From the NCBI RefSeq assembly GCF_009914755.1, contig NC_060926.1: DNA of 64,000 nucleotides. One strand, written 5' to 3'. Below are positions 47,701-63,500 of this stretch, piece by piece. The position numbers and the translations under genes are program-made. Source of the stretch: the human T2T-CHM13v2.0 reference genome, Homo sapiens. The stretch's first letter is position 1; the number at the start of each line of letters is the position of its first letter. Below the pieces are notes generated by a model that worked only from the letters and a program-made list of their open reading frames with translations, had not been told where the DNA came from and searched no databases.

Positions 47701-49180
47701 AACACAAACAAAGTAGGTTTTACCTTTAAAAATACTAACCTGTATATTTAAATCATATTTCTATCTTTCAGAGGAAATTATCAAGAAGATTATTATTTAA
47801 AAATTAAAATTAATTTTAGAGTACTTTCTGAATAAACTATAGTGATACAGCTGTCTGTCACACTTTTTTTTTAAGCTGACTACCCCCTTACACTACAGAA
47901 ACATTCTATTTTAGAAATATATACAGTACCATTTGGTGCCTTGTAATTCTATACATGGCTTTTACAATTTTGCGGCATAAAGATTTTGTCTAATGTAATA
48001 GATGCTGCTTCACATTTGGGAAATGTTATGTTACAACCCTGACTTTTATTAGATTATTTAATATAAGCACTAAGTAACTAGACTAAATTAATAAAGACCT
48101 TATTGAAAAAAAAATGGAGAGGGAGAGAACAAAATTATTCCACAAATTAAATAAAACTTTCTGAAGTTAGCATTTCAGAAATCTTTATTTAATTTTCAGA
48201 ATTCCAGTTCTTCTGTAAAACAGCCAAAATATTGGTCAGGATATGAAAAAAAATGTGGTTGGTGTTTAGTTATTTATTTCATAAAAGTGCCATTTAAAAC
48301 TATTACATGGAGGAATAAGACAAATGAGAAAGAAAAGTGTGATGAGAAATTATTTGGGGTTGGTTCTAAACTTCTGTCACTGGTTAAAAACCATTTCATC
48401 CAGTACATATTTTCTTATTGTTGTTCTAAGTTTAATCATTTTCTAAAAGAGTTTTAAATTAAAAAACTCATGGTGGCAGGTAATGCAAAGAAGCTTCTTT
48501 TTTCCTCCTTTCTATTCGGAAATACATTTGCATAAAGAGATTTCCCCCTAGCATTTGTCCCCCTAAAATATCTTCAATAATCAAAGACACAAGCGAAAGA
48601 GTATACTCTTTTAAACATACTTTGCTACATTCTAGCAGATGCTATTCATAACTTATGTTTAGCCAGTGTTTCTGCATCCTCTACGATGAGGTATCCACTG
48701 AAGGTCTAAGAATACAGTTGCCTCACATCTTTCACATCCTCATTAATTATGTGTATTCTTTTCAAATGTTGCAATAGGTTTTCCTGAGGACCTGGCTTTC
48801 CAGGTACTCCATGTCTAGGTTCAATATCCCTGGAAACTCTCTATCAATTGCATGCTCCCAGTTATATATTCTAGAATTGTCCTCCAGGCATATTGTGTTT
48901 CCTACAGTTTACGGTTACATAATACCTAATCTTAGGGGCAATATTATGATGGCATGTAGATTATCAAAGAAAACGTCACCATATATTAATAATATGAAGG
49001 CAAACGTATATTCATTTATGTTGTACATTTTTATTCATGTTCCAACTAACCTGATTTCACAGTAATTCACTAAGAAACTACAATACACAGAAGCAACTAC
49101 GGCTATAACTGGTAGAAGTGGCAACTGCTTTTGGTTTGAAGATTTTGGGTTTTTGTTTTTGTTCCCTTTAGAATATTTTA

Positions 49181-49497
<317 letters not shown>

Positions 49498-52400
49498 TTA
49501 CTTTCAGTGTTCATATACACATCAGGGACATTTTCATATATATGTTATTAAACCTAATGCACACAGCTTCAGATGTTTTACATTTAAAGATATTCTGACA
49601 GTTCCTTGATTTACATTTTTTGGAAATGTCATATTTAAAGGCTGTAAACCAAATTTTAAAATATTCCGCTACCATTTTAATGGCCAAAAAAGAAGCCAAG
49701 AGTCCAATACACAGGAGGTGTTCTCTCGGTAAGCAAATGTTTCTCTAATTGAATCAAAAGTAGACTTACAGTCACAACATACATGGTGATAAATAATGAC
49801 AATGGCCTATTTGAGCCCCAAAAAATATTCAGCAATGTCAGAAAAAATGCCATATAAATTAATGGGCAATGGAACTGTGGTAGAGTTAGAGGCTATTCCC
49901 CTTGCATGTCTAGTTATCCTGTGGCAGCTGGACCACACAGTTAGAGATAATCTGGAGGGTAGAAGAGATCACAAATGGGTTGTTTTTCTCTCCATTCCCA
50001 GGAATTTGCAGATTACTAAGAACTATGGTGTTTGGAGTGGTCAGATTAAGTAAATGGGTTCCAAGTTCATCTGTAGAGCAGTCACGGGCCTCATCCTGGC
50101 CTCTGAAACAAAAGCTCCAGGGGTAGATCCCAGGAGATGCTGGTGATAAGCCAGATTTGGACATCACTGCCCAGCGTGCCCAGTAAAAAGCAAGGACTGG
50201 GAGCATCTAGATTAATCCACTAATTCTCCTCAAAAGAGCAGAAAAATCAAAATTCCCAGATTCCTTTTTTTTTTCCCTTCAATTCACTGGCAAATCTCAT
50301 TACTGTTGCAGAGAAAGAGGAACATTGTAACATTTAAGTAGGAAAGTAGGGCTAAGGTGCACTGTAACTGTGTTTTATTTCCTTCTAAGTGTGAAGGACT
50401 TGGCATAGGCTGAATAGACAATACCCAGGAAAAAAAAAAATAGTTTCTTGTGTATTAATAAACCTGAAGCTTTTTTTTAAACCATATTTAGACTATAAAC
50501 CACCAAAAGGCAAAGGTCATGTCAATTTAACTTGTTCTAACAACTCTGGCTACAGCCCCATAAAATGAGGATGCCTAAAATACAGTGGGTGTGTGTATGT
50601 CACATACCCACTTTTGTTTGAAGAGCAGCAGCCTGGCAATCAAGAGATCCCAGATCTTGGATCTGCCCTCTGTTGGATGCAGCTCTGCATCTGTGGATAA
50701 CTCGCTTACCCTCTCTGGGCCCCTATTTTCTCTTCTATAAAATGGGGAGTTAAAAGCTAAAACAAGAAACAAACTCCCCTGCCTGACTCACAAGATGGTA
50801 ATTACAATAAAATAACATGAGTTAAAGTGCACTGAAAATTATAAAGTCCTGTATAAACATATGTTGGCATTAATGAATTGTAAGTCAACATAAAAGAGGT
50901 AAGCATTACATTTTTTAGGATGTTTTTAAGGGAAAGTTGCCTTTACTTAAAGAAGCAAAAACTTGGATCTTCTAAAATGTCACCTGCTAACACGGCAAGT
51001 CATCTGACATAGTCCAAAAGACCCTAGGATAGGAAATTTGTCCTAGCTTACTGACTGGGGCCACTTATTCTCTTTGAACCTCCATTTTGCCATCTGTAGG
51101 AGTGTCCGCAATCAGAGAAGGCATCAGGGACCACCCACCCTCTGCTACAAATGATCCCAGAGAGCCTCTGCACTTAAAAATATTTGGCACCTTTATTCTT
51201 CACTAGACTGTAAGTTCCACAGATAACACGGTGCCTGGCAGATGGTAGAGGCTCACAGATAAGGAAAGAAGAAAAGGAGGGAAGGAGGGAATGAAGCTGG
51301 AAGGGATGAAAGGTCACTGTGCCGTGGCCAGTGGGCAGTGCCAGCTTTCTTTGCAGGTTGACCTTGTGCTCTCAGACCCTTCCCCAGCATTCTGCCAACC
51401 CCCAACATATGGAAAAGTGAGCGCCCATACTCTTGGTACCCTGGATATCCAGGAAGACTAGCCCAAGAGATGTTCTAGACACCTGATAATGGCACAGAGA
51501 AGAGCCTCAATAGCTGAAACCCTCAACCAAATCTTGTGGAATCCACTACAGTCCCAGAGACTTACTGATAATCTCCATGGCCCCTTGCAGTTCTGACATT
51601 CTAGATCAAAATGATGCCCCAAAACTTTGGAGATTAATAATGATAGCTTTGATTACTGTCATTTTAAAAACACACTAAGGCTTCAAAACTGGAAATAAAG
51701 TCAACATTGAATTGGTTGATTGATTTTTCTGCCATTAAAGTTCTACTTTTCTTTAAAAAAAAATGGCAAGCATCCAGCTTTTTGTTTCTCAGGAAGGGCT
51801 CATTTTTAAAATTTCAAAGTATAGTAAACAACTTCTAAATTCAGGATAATTGAAGGTCTGCCAGTTGGTGAGCAAAACAACAATGGCTTTCAGATCAACC
51901 GAAAAAAAAATATGGCTCAATCAGGTTTTTTTAAACTGAATATCATCCAGCCGACTGCACTTCTTCCTAAAATAACAAAAGCTGCTGCCTACTGACTACT
52001 AATGGACTTCTCTATCTAAATAAATATAATTGTATTCATTAGTTCTTTATGTTAAAATTATTAAAGAGTAACTTTCCCCAGGACACTTTTATGTTAATGA
52101 AAGACAATAACACAATCATTAGGACACGATACTCTCAGATCAATTTTGCATTTGCATAGTACCCAATAGAATAGTTTATATACCTGCACAAATAAGTAAT
52201 CCCCTCTTCTTAAAGATGTATTTGTATATGACCAATGAAGCCCATAGCATAAACCACATAAATAAATAAATTTAATTTGCTCAGGAAGAGTGATGCTGAA
52301 AATTGGGAGCAAGATACAAAAATCTCAAAATTATCTGATTATAAATACTAATAAATACCCTAGGAATCACTGATATATGAAGACCCTCCACATGTCGACA

Positions 52401-52522
52401 AGATTTACTTTTATTCAGAGCTTTAAGATATAAAACCCGGTAAGAAAGATAAGAAGATGGCAAGAACTGTATGAGAGCTAATACTGTAGATTTCTATTAC
52501 ATTCTATTAGAAAAAAGGCTGT

Positions 52523-52761
52523 GGGCCAGGCTCTGTGGCTCATGCCTGTAATCCCAACACTTTGGGAGGCTGAGGTGGGAGAATTGCTTGAGCCCAGGAG
52601 TTGGAAACCAGGCTGGACAACATAAAGAGAAGCCCTGTCTCTGCAAAAATAAAAATAAAAATAAAAAGCCAGGCGTGGTGGCACGTACCTGCAGTCCCAG
52701 CTACTCAGGGGGCTGACAGAGTGAGACCCTGCCTCTAAAATAAGTAAATAAATAAATAAAT
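52523..52761 (+). mobile_element. AluJ-like element with a right-arm internal deletion
   Basis: gctactcagggggctg joined directly to acagagtgagaccct. Confidence 0.88.
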
Positions 52762-53102
52762 ATAGACAAAAGCCTGCAAAGGGGTCCCAAGAGCTAATCT
52801 GTCATATGGATTTTTTTTAATTCAACCATCCTTAAAATAACTTAAGTGGTGTTTCATTTTGATTCTAATATATCACCATCAACTTCCCACCTCTAAAAGG
52901 AAGGAAAATCACAAATCAAAATATATTTAGTCACTCAGGCCACTAACTTAAATGAGAAAAAAAAAGATCCATTTAATCTCATTTCATGTTGTTTTATTTT
53001 GTTTTGCTTTCATTATTAACATACACATTCTATAATACATGGGGAGAAAAGCATGAAAATATTCACTAGGATAAGACTGATTTCCTTCATGTCTAATTTT
53101 CT

Positions 53103-53135
53103 TTTTTTTTTTGAGACGGAGTCTCACTCTGTCGC
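53103..53135 (-). mobile_element. Extremely 5'-truncated Alu (about 23 nt plus tail) with a perfect 15-bp TSD
   Basis: catgtctaattttct-[T run gagacggagtctcactctgtcgc]-catgtctaattttct. Confidence 0.92.
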
Positions 53136-54539
53136 CATGTCTAATTTTCTGAATACAGATGAGCCTTTGGATACTGATGACACCTTAGTGGGCCCCAGTT
53201 TACCTCTACTCATTTTTAATTGGTTCAATCGTGTTTTATCATAAACACCTTATAATAATCCATCAAGAAATTGGGCATTTAAGTTTATCATGGTATTATT
53301 ATGTTGCTACACTAGAAGAAAGTAGTTGACCAAGTTACCCAATATTACATTAAAATTAATTTGTACCAGAAATAAAGGGCAAGTCATTAATTTTTAAATT
53401 CTGATAACAGTTTCCAGTATGAGTCAAGGTAACTTAAATTTTTGTTAAGTTAAAATGCCCATGAACATTTCTTTATCAGTTTGTGGTTCTTGCACACTTG
53501 GACACATCTCAAAACTGGTCATAATCAACCAGAAACCACCTCATTCATCTAAGCTAGCCTGGTGTCTGACACTTAGTAGACACTCAAAAAAAAATGCTTG
53601 TATAATAATATTGAAACATGATGTTCTAAGAACTGTAAGAGTCCAAAAATGATTATAAATTTCTTCCCCAATCACATCTATGTGACAGATAATTTTAGCT
53701 TTAACTGATTTGTACTTTGCCAAATAAAATTAAGAAATAGGAAACAAAAGCTTTGCAATTCTTGCCCTTGCTATCAAATTACTTGAAGACACAAAATACT
53801 GGGTTGGGGTAGTATATTCAATAATGCTTCTAATAAATCAGAATAAGGCCTTTAAAAATAAATATTTTATTCATCCATAAACCACTTAATGGGAAGCAAA
53901 CCCACGTAAAAGACTTTCGTATGTATTTTGGGTGTAGCTACTTCTCTCTCTGGTCTGTCCATGATGATGCAGAATGTCAACTGTTAAATGTGTTTCTTAC
54001 TCCTCCATGGGCAAGAAATAATTTGGGTTACAAAATGACTTCACATGAAACACTGCTCGTGCTAAAGCTCCAGTGATTTTCAATATGGGCTAAATTAGGC
54101 AACTGACAAAGCTGACTTTACTTTGTATAAGTCTTTAGGCACCCAAATCTGCAGATAGGGCCCAATTTGTCTTTTTGAACTTCCAGTTGCTGCTTAGTTC
54201 ATACAAACCTCTAATTCTTTTCCCACAAAATACAATCATTGGTACCAAAATATTTTCTTAAAAATGTATTCTAATAGAGTCATAAGAGATGCTTGATAGT
54301 TCCATATTTATTGTCTCCATTATCTTTTTGGAAGATAATTAATGCTTCACCCAGGGGCACTCAAAATGGCTATTGGAATTATCCAAAAATTCAATTGCCC
54401 AGAGTGGATATCCTTATATAAACATTCATTCTGGATAATTTAAGATACTTGTTATTACAAGTGTAAGGCCTACAGATGTGTTTACAAAAATGAGAATAAC
54501 ATTTTGCATTTGGAATGTAAAAGAAAATGACCTCTCAAA

Positions 54540-54880
54540 GTAGCTTCGGTATAAAAGGAGGTCACGGTCCCACTGGTCTCTAAAAACCACGATGTCCTCA
54601 GAGAGGAGCCAAGTGAGGATGGAGGAAATCATAAATGCTGAGGGTAGTCTGCCTCAGGTACACACTGAGAAACTGCTTTAATGTAACCTGACCCACGGTT
54701 ATTAGTGAAAATATCACTTTTGTTGTTACCTTATTCCCAACAAATTCATTTCTGCTTTAATGGAAAAGATCCGGGTTCACACTAATCAGGCCCAACGGAA
54801 GGCCATATTAGCAATTTGGCAGGTACCCGAGGGCCATACCTAATCTGCATAAAATGAAGCAGATTGCAACCGCCCTCATC
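54540..54880. promoter_or_regulatory. Candidate intronic enhancer / conserved non-coding element
   Basis: No repeat recognised; 8 CpGs in about 330 bp; clustered TAAT/TAATC homeodomain cores. Motif-based inference only. Confidence 0.35.
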
Positions 54881-55552
54881 TTTTTTATTTTTAAACTGGT
54901 TTTTGAAGCAGAGCATAAAATCTCAGAGGGAGAGACAGAAGATGCTAGTGCATACATTTTCCTTCATGCCTTTATTTTCATTCTTTTTGCACAAACCATC
55001 TTCCTGAATGGCTGTTTACCTAAAGAAGAATAACAAAATAAAAGGTGCTAGGAAATGGAGTAGGCAGAGATCACAAATGTTTAATTAAAAAAAAAAAAAG
55101 TCATGTACTTTCATAGATATTCACAATCCTCTCTAGTATACTTTCAAATCAGTTTTAATTTCAGTTTAGTGTTTTTATGTTTTGTGAAGATACGCTACAC
55201 AGAAATATACCTTGAATTTCGGAAAAGGCTGCAGCTAGCAGAGACTCCAAATCTAATAATTATTGTTAAATCTATGATATGCCTAATAGAGAAAAATAGT
55301 ATATTAAATATCACCATTATCATCTCAACACTGGCTTCTGCTATTCACAGAATAATTTAAAGTGACAGTGCTCTTTATATCCAAAGAATTTATAATCAAA
55401 GTCATTCAGTTCAAGTATGAGTGAATCTGAAAAATAACTCAACAATAATGAATAGTAACTAATATAAGCCACACAAAATTTGGGAAAAAAGAATAAACAC
55501 ACAAAGCTAAGTGTATCAGATAATTTTTTAAAATAGACTTACTATAGGTCTA

Positions 55553-55900
<348 letters not shown>

Positions 55901-56339
55901 CAGAAAGATATTTGAAAGACAGTAGTTTAGCAGAGTGCTATGGGACAAAAGAATGTTACAAGTGAAATGGTTCCACCTTAAAGAAGTTATATTTTAAGTA
56001 CATTTCATTTACCTTGTCAGGATGTTAGAATTAACAACAAGAAATAAAGAGTGACTAGTGGTTTGTGGGAAGAGGGTAAGAGGATCCTGAAGTTGCTTCT
56101 CAGGGCAATGAGAAGCCAATGTAGACTATTAACACATGATTAAGAAATACTAATCTGTCAATAAAAAAACAGACACATGTTTTCCAGACTAGAGAATCTG
56201 GGTCATAGGGAACTGCTGAATAACCTGGGCCACACAGGAACGAAAGACTACTGCAGTAGAAAGAAAAAACAAAAAGAGGATGAGCACTGGTAACCTTGGA
56301 GAAAACAACAGAATCTGCAGATGGGCAAAACAGAAAAGC

Positions 56340-56552
56340 AGGTAGCAGAATACATACCCCCAAAATATGCTATTTCTCATATTGATTATTTTGAGTTGAA
56401 GACAATTGAAAAGCAGATACAGATGCACACGTTAATAAACTTCTATTTGTTTTCCTCTTGTTAATCTGTCTTTTGTCATTCAATTTATAGGGTCCTGGGT
56501 GGAGAATAGCTCTAGGGGGCAGAAGAAAACATTAAGTTTTTCCTCCCCTACA
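56340..56552 (+). mobile_element. MER34/MER39-like ERV1 solo LTR with the middle deleted
   Basis: 5' end ccccaaaatatgcta...gattattttgagttgaagacaattga joined to 3' end aataaacttctatttgttttcctcttgttaatctgtcttttgt...tttttcctcccctaca. Confidence 0.7.
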
Positions 56553-56976
56553 GTATAAAGTTTTGAATTAGAATCAGATGACCAAGTCACCCACACTCAG
56601 TGCCTCTCGATCTCCTTATCTGTAAACAAGATGATGATGGCCTCCACCTCAAAGGGTTTTTGAGGACATTAAATTAGGTAATATGAATTTGGGTTCTCTA
56701 TAAGTTTTAAACATTTAACCAAATGTAAACTACTATTATTGTTGATGTTACAAAGAGTAAACACAATAATAAAGAGCTAAAATGACTGATTTCTTATTTA
56801 GAATCTTAGAAGATTCACCAGGTTTGACAAGTGTGGAAATAAAAAAATAAAGACTCACAGAATGAAGACTACTATTTTTTCTAACAGTGGGTAAGAGAGT
56901 AACTCCTACGAGCTAAGTAAATCTTCTAATAAACTGAATTTGAAGTGGTGCTGAATAGCCAATCTTTGAACTTCTA

Positions 56977-57307
<331 letters not shown>

Positions 57308-57521
57308 TTAATTTAAAAGATTTTACAAAGTAGAAGAAATTCATGTTTGATCAGGTAAAGACATAGAACTATGAATTCTTGGGAGTGAAAGCCATTTTGT
57401 AATTTCCTAGTGTGGAGAGAAGTGCTTTCCAAGTGACTGCAAAGACCCTGCATTTGTAAGTTCTTGCTGCATGCCAGACCCTTTATCATTGTATTAATTT
57501 TCACAAAAATCCTACAATATA

Positions 57522-57927
57522 TGTATTAGTCTGTCCTCACATTGCTACAAAGAAATACCTGAGACTGGGTAATCTATAAAGAAAAAAGTTTCATTGGCTC
57601 ACGGTTCCACAGACTGTACAGGAAGAAGCATGTTGCTGGCATCTGCTCAGCTTCTGGGAAAGCCTCAGGAAACTTACATTCATGGGGACGGCAAAGGAGG
57701 AGCGAGGCAGCTCACATGATGGGAGCAGGAGCAAGAGAAGCGGAGAGGTGCCACACACTTTCAAACAACCAGATCTCACGGTAACTCACTCACTCACTCA
57801 CTATTGAGAGAACAGAAGTTGGAAATCCACCCCAAGATCCAATCACCCCCTACCAGGCCCCACCTCCAACATTGGGGATTATATCTCCATGTGAGATTTG
57901 GGCAGGGACAACACTGAAACTACATCA
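57522..57927. mobile_element. MST-family (MaLR) solo LTR with a 5-bp TSD
   Basis: tgtattagtctg...cattgctacaaagaaatacctgagactgggtaat...gagatttgggcagggaca...tacatca; TG...CA ends; ATATA on both sides. Confidence 0.9.
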
Positions 57928-58659
57928 ATATAAATATTAATGTCTCCATTTTAGGTTAGAATAGATGACTTGCCTAAGGTTACAAGGATGTTAAATGGCA
58001 GACACTGGGATCCAAGTCTGCCTGACTCCAAAACTCATATTATCTTCCTCAGAACAAGGTACTTCTTATCCTCTGGAGAATGCTGCTTAGCCTTTGAGAC
58101 CCAACTCAAACAGTACTTCCAGAGGGAATAGCACTTTTCCTATTCCCTCCAAGAGAATTAATCGCACCACACTTTGTATTTACTCATGAGGTGAAAAACT
58201 ATACAATTCATGTGAAACCTCCTTTCCCCATTAAAATGCAGGCTACTCAATAGAGCTCCATCTTAGACCTCCTTGTTGCTCTAGCACTGAACTTAGCACC
58301 TGGCATAAAACAGATATCCAATAAATATTTGGCAAATGAATACCTAGAATTTAAAGACTCCAAATTGCCACCAAGTAATATGATACCAATTCTTTTATGC
58401 TGTTATTTTTATTAGCCATGTGTATTTATTGAGGGCCAACTATGAGCCAGGTGGAGTTGCACTAGGTGTTGTGCCATCAACACATTTATACATTATGCCA
58501 TTTAATCTTCACATTATTCCTTTAAAGTAAGATCCCCATTTTAGAGATGAAGCAAAAACCAGAAGCAAAAAAATGATGAAACTATTTGCTATTTGCACTT
58601 ACGTAATAATGGTAAGACAATGATTATAATATCATGAATGAAGAGTCTATTTGTGGCAA

Positions 58660-58840
58660 ATACAGAGCTAAGATTTAACATCCTTTAATTTTCACAACAA
58701 ACCAATGAGGTAGGTGTTATCATGACATTTTGCAGATGAGAACACCAGGGGACAGTTTTTCGAGATTACACAGCTAACAGGCACCGTAACTATTTAAATT
58801 CATATTTTTGACTCCAAAGCCCACATTCTTTCCACTATAC
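58660..58840 (-). mobile_element. MIR SINE
   Basis: tttaattttcacaacaaaccaatgaggtaggtg...ttttgcagatgagaacacc...tgactccaaagccc. Confidence 0.75.
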
Positions 58841-59099
58841 CAAGATCTCTTCTATATTATGCTGCTTAAGTCTGTCTTAAATACCTGAGAAATCTCCAAT
58901 TGATTATTTAACCTACATTGGTTATATTTTACAAATGAGTCGGTAAGAATTAAAAATAACAGGTGTGGTAGGCAAAAGGAGGTCCAGGGATGTAGGCCTG
59001 ACTCAACTAATTCAATCAGGTGTATTTTGTTGGACCCAAAATACCATATATATCTTTTGAACATAAAAAGCTGTGCCATGCTAATATTCTCTATCACTA

Positions 59100-60060
<961 letters not shown>

Positions 60061-60117
60061 GTACAGGTGAAAAAAATCAGACACTTCCAAATCTTCCTCA
60101 AGATTTGATACATTATT

Positions 60118-60587
<470 letters not shown>

Positions 60588-63339
60588 AATATTTGATCCA
60601 TTATCACTGAGATCCTTGGCATTAAAAAATCAATTGCATTGAAGGGAACATGAAAGTTTCAAAGGTACTAATAATGTTCTCTTTCCTAAGCAGAGTGGTA
60701 GGTACAAAGGTTTTTGTTTTATTATTCTTTAATACTAAACATATACATTATACATTACTTACATTCTTTTGTAAGCAGAACATATTTCATAATAAGACAT
60801 TTAAAAATATCAATGCTATGGGTTTTAAATGACGAATATCTTAGAACACTCAGATCTAACAGTCTTGTCATTTCAGGCAGGCTTTATAAATCCCTCAGTT
60901 TGACCTTTCAATCAGGACAATGAAGCTCTTCACCAGCTCAAATTCTAATGAAACAGGTATATTCTAAGTCCAGGTTAACTGTAATAACAAGAAAACTAAG
61001 TTAAACTTAAAATCTGAAATTTGACAGTGTTAACACCTTAAATGTCAGTGAAGATCAATCATGAATTTGTCAACCAGGCATAGAATGCAGACTTTTAAAA
61101 TTATTGTCTATTATCCTAGTTAATGAATCAAAAACATAGAATGACACCCACAAATGTTTATTAAAGAGTTATTGATAATATTTTTAAAATTCTAAACAAC
61201 CTGTGTAAAACCAACAGAATGGTTCTGTAAATTATGTTATACTCACACAATCAGCCATTACAAAAGGATTAAAAATTAATGCCATGACAAAATGATTAAT
61301 ATTGTAATATTAAGTGAAAAACTTATTGTATTGTATAATATTGTATATTGTTGTATAATATTGTATAATATTGTAATATTAAGTGAAAAACTAAGATATA
61401 TAGATAGCCAATTGCCTATAAGGAAAGAAAGAAAAGAGACTATGAGGGGCATAAAGCAGATTTTAACTTTATCAGCAAAATTTTCAAGGTAAGAAATATC
61501 TTGGGTCACAGGTAACACCAAGGGGGAATTTTATTTTATCCTTCACATCATTTTGTATTTTTTATATTTCCTACAATGGGTGTGTTTATTACTTTTAAAT
61601 CGCTGCTCTTTCCTTGCAAATAAAGCAAAGCAACCTACATGCAAAAAGGAAGCTATTTGCATTCAGAAATCTCAGTTTTTTAAATAAATTCTTGACTATT
61701 TTCGGATGAGAAACCCTCCAATTTAGAAATCTTTATATAGAAACATGAACAGTTATAATGTTGCCTAAAAGGATATTAAGCAAGAAAGCCTTGATATTCA
61801 AAGTGGCTGGATTGGAACACCAACAAATTAAATCAATCTGGTCGGTTAGCAAAAATTAAGTCCTCTTCTATTCAACCATCTATTTAGCAAACATCTACAC
61901 AGTGCCTTCTGGGATGGCAGGATACCAACCTGACAAGGAGGACACAGAGAATCAGAAGTCAATCTGTCAATAAGGTGTTTATTATTCCTGGCTGGAGAAA
62001 GAGTAGGTAATGCAAAGACACCAGGAACAAATGAGCAAGTAAATAATCCACATGCAGATGCCAAAGAAGGGCAAAGCAAGAGGAAAGGCCTCTAAACGCT
62101 GTACGGAGGAACTTCACTGGATGAGGAAGACTCTCAGATACCCAAGATGACTGCCAAAGGGGACATGTAGCCAATGTCTCCTCAGTGAAAGCAGTGGTAA
62201 CATCACGTCAAGAAAAGAGGCAAGGCCTTTCACATGAAAGCAGCCATCATGGCGGCCAGCACTCCTGACTCCCGATGTGGACCTACTCGCTCTCATTTAG
62301 CTTAAGTTCTCTCTGTAGAGTGCCTAATGAATGATTATTATGTTAACAGATAGAAGAAAAAACATAAGTGGCACCTCTAATTGATATAACCAATAACTCT
62401 CAGTTAATGATTACTTACTGTAATTAAAATAGTGCACATTATTTAAAAGTTTTAACATACCACGGGGAAGAACAATACAAGATATAAAATGGCACAGTAT
62501 AATTCTGAGTGCAACCATGCAAAAAAAAGCATCATTTAAATCAGAGATTATTCATTTACCATATATTCTTAGCATAAGGAAAGTATATTCATTTAAAAAG
62601 TATGAACCCTATGAGTATTGCTTTAATGCTATGTGTCTTTTTAGAAGCCAAAAATAAACAACGTTTATAAAAACATTGTTTTAAACCAAAGGCTGTTAAA
62701 AAAAGAAAAAAATCACACAGATCACAAATAAGTAACAATTTTTTAAAAGCAATTCAACATTTTAAATTTTTGCCTCCAAAGTATTATATCACATTGATCA
62801 GAATACCAGACTACCCTTTTTATTTTCCTTTCTGGTTATGCCCTTAAAAACACTGTGATGCTTCTAAGAGCTTTAAACTTGTAAATAACCCCTCCCAGAA
62901 GCGCAAATCTCCATATCTTAATATCATGAAAGCTGGAACTGTAAAATAAAATCTGTTAGCAGCTGAAATCTTAATGAGGTTCTACAAAGAAGAGGCTTTT
63001 CTGCAATGACTCAATGCATGGAAACAGTTGAGTAATTATAAATGCATGGGCTGAATGTGAGTTGGCAAATATAATACCACAGAATGTACCCAGAACTAGG
63101 GTTGTCCCAGTTCAAATGAGACTATATTCCTTTACCAGTACAGGCAAACAACTAACCTGAAATGTCTTTGGCTAAGAGATAGGTGTGAGCCCATAAAATT
63201 ATGTCCCTTGACTCCTCATTTACATGGTGACAATCTGTTCTGGCCCACCAGCAGCCTGTTCAACAACAAAGCACTTCAGAAAGAGCTCTGCATAATATTG
63301 GTTTCATCAGACATAATAGAAGCCAATGACAAATGGACT

Positions 63340-63500
63340 TAAGTGGTGGTTCTCAAAACTTGGGGACATGAGACTCCCCCATAAAGAACTTGAGAAAAAT
63401 GAAGATTCTGGGATCTACCACCAGGGGACCCAATTCACTAGGTTTATATGAGCCCAGGAATCTGCACTTAAATAAGCACCCTCCAGCCAAGCAGGCTGAC
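63340..63500. mobile_element. MER5-family hAT fragment
   Basis: gtggttctcaaaacttgggg...gattctggg...gcccaggaatctgcacttaaataagcaccc. Confidence 0.7.

Noticed and set aside
54426-54632. ORF beginning MISSI, echoing the SATB2 exon SMISSIVN (possible duplicated or mutually exclusive exon)
   Set aside because: Similarity covers only about 15 nt (13/15), no matching acceptor precedes it and the remainder is unrelated; most likely chance
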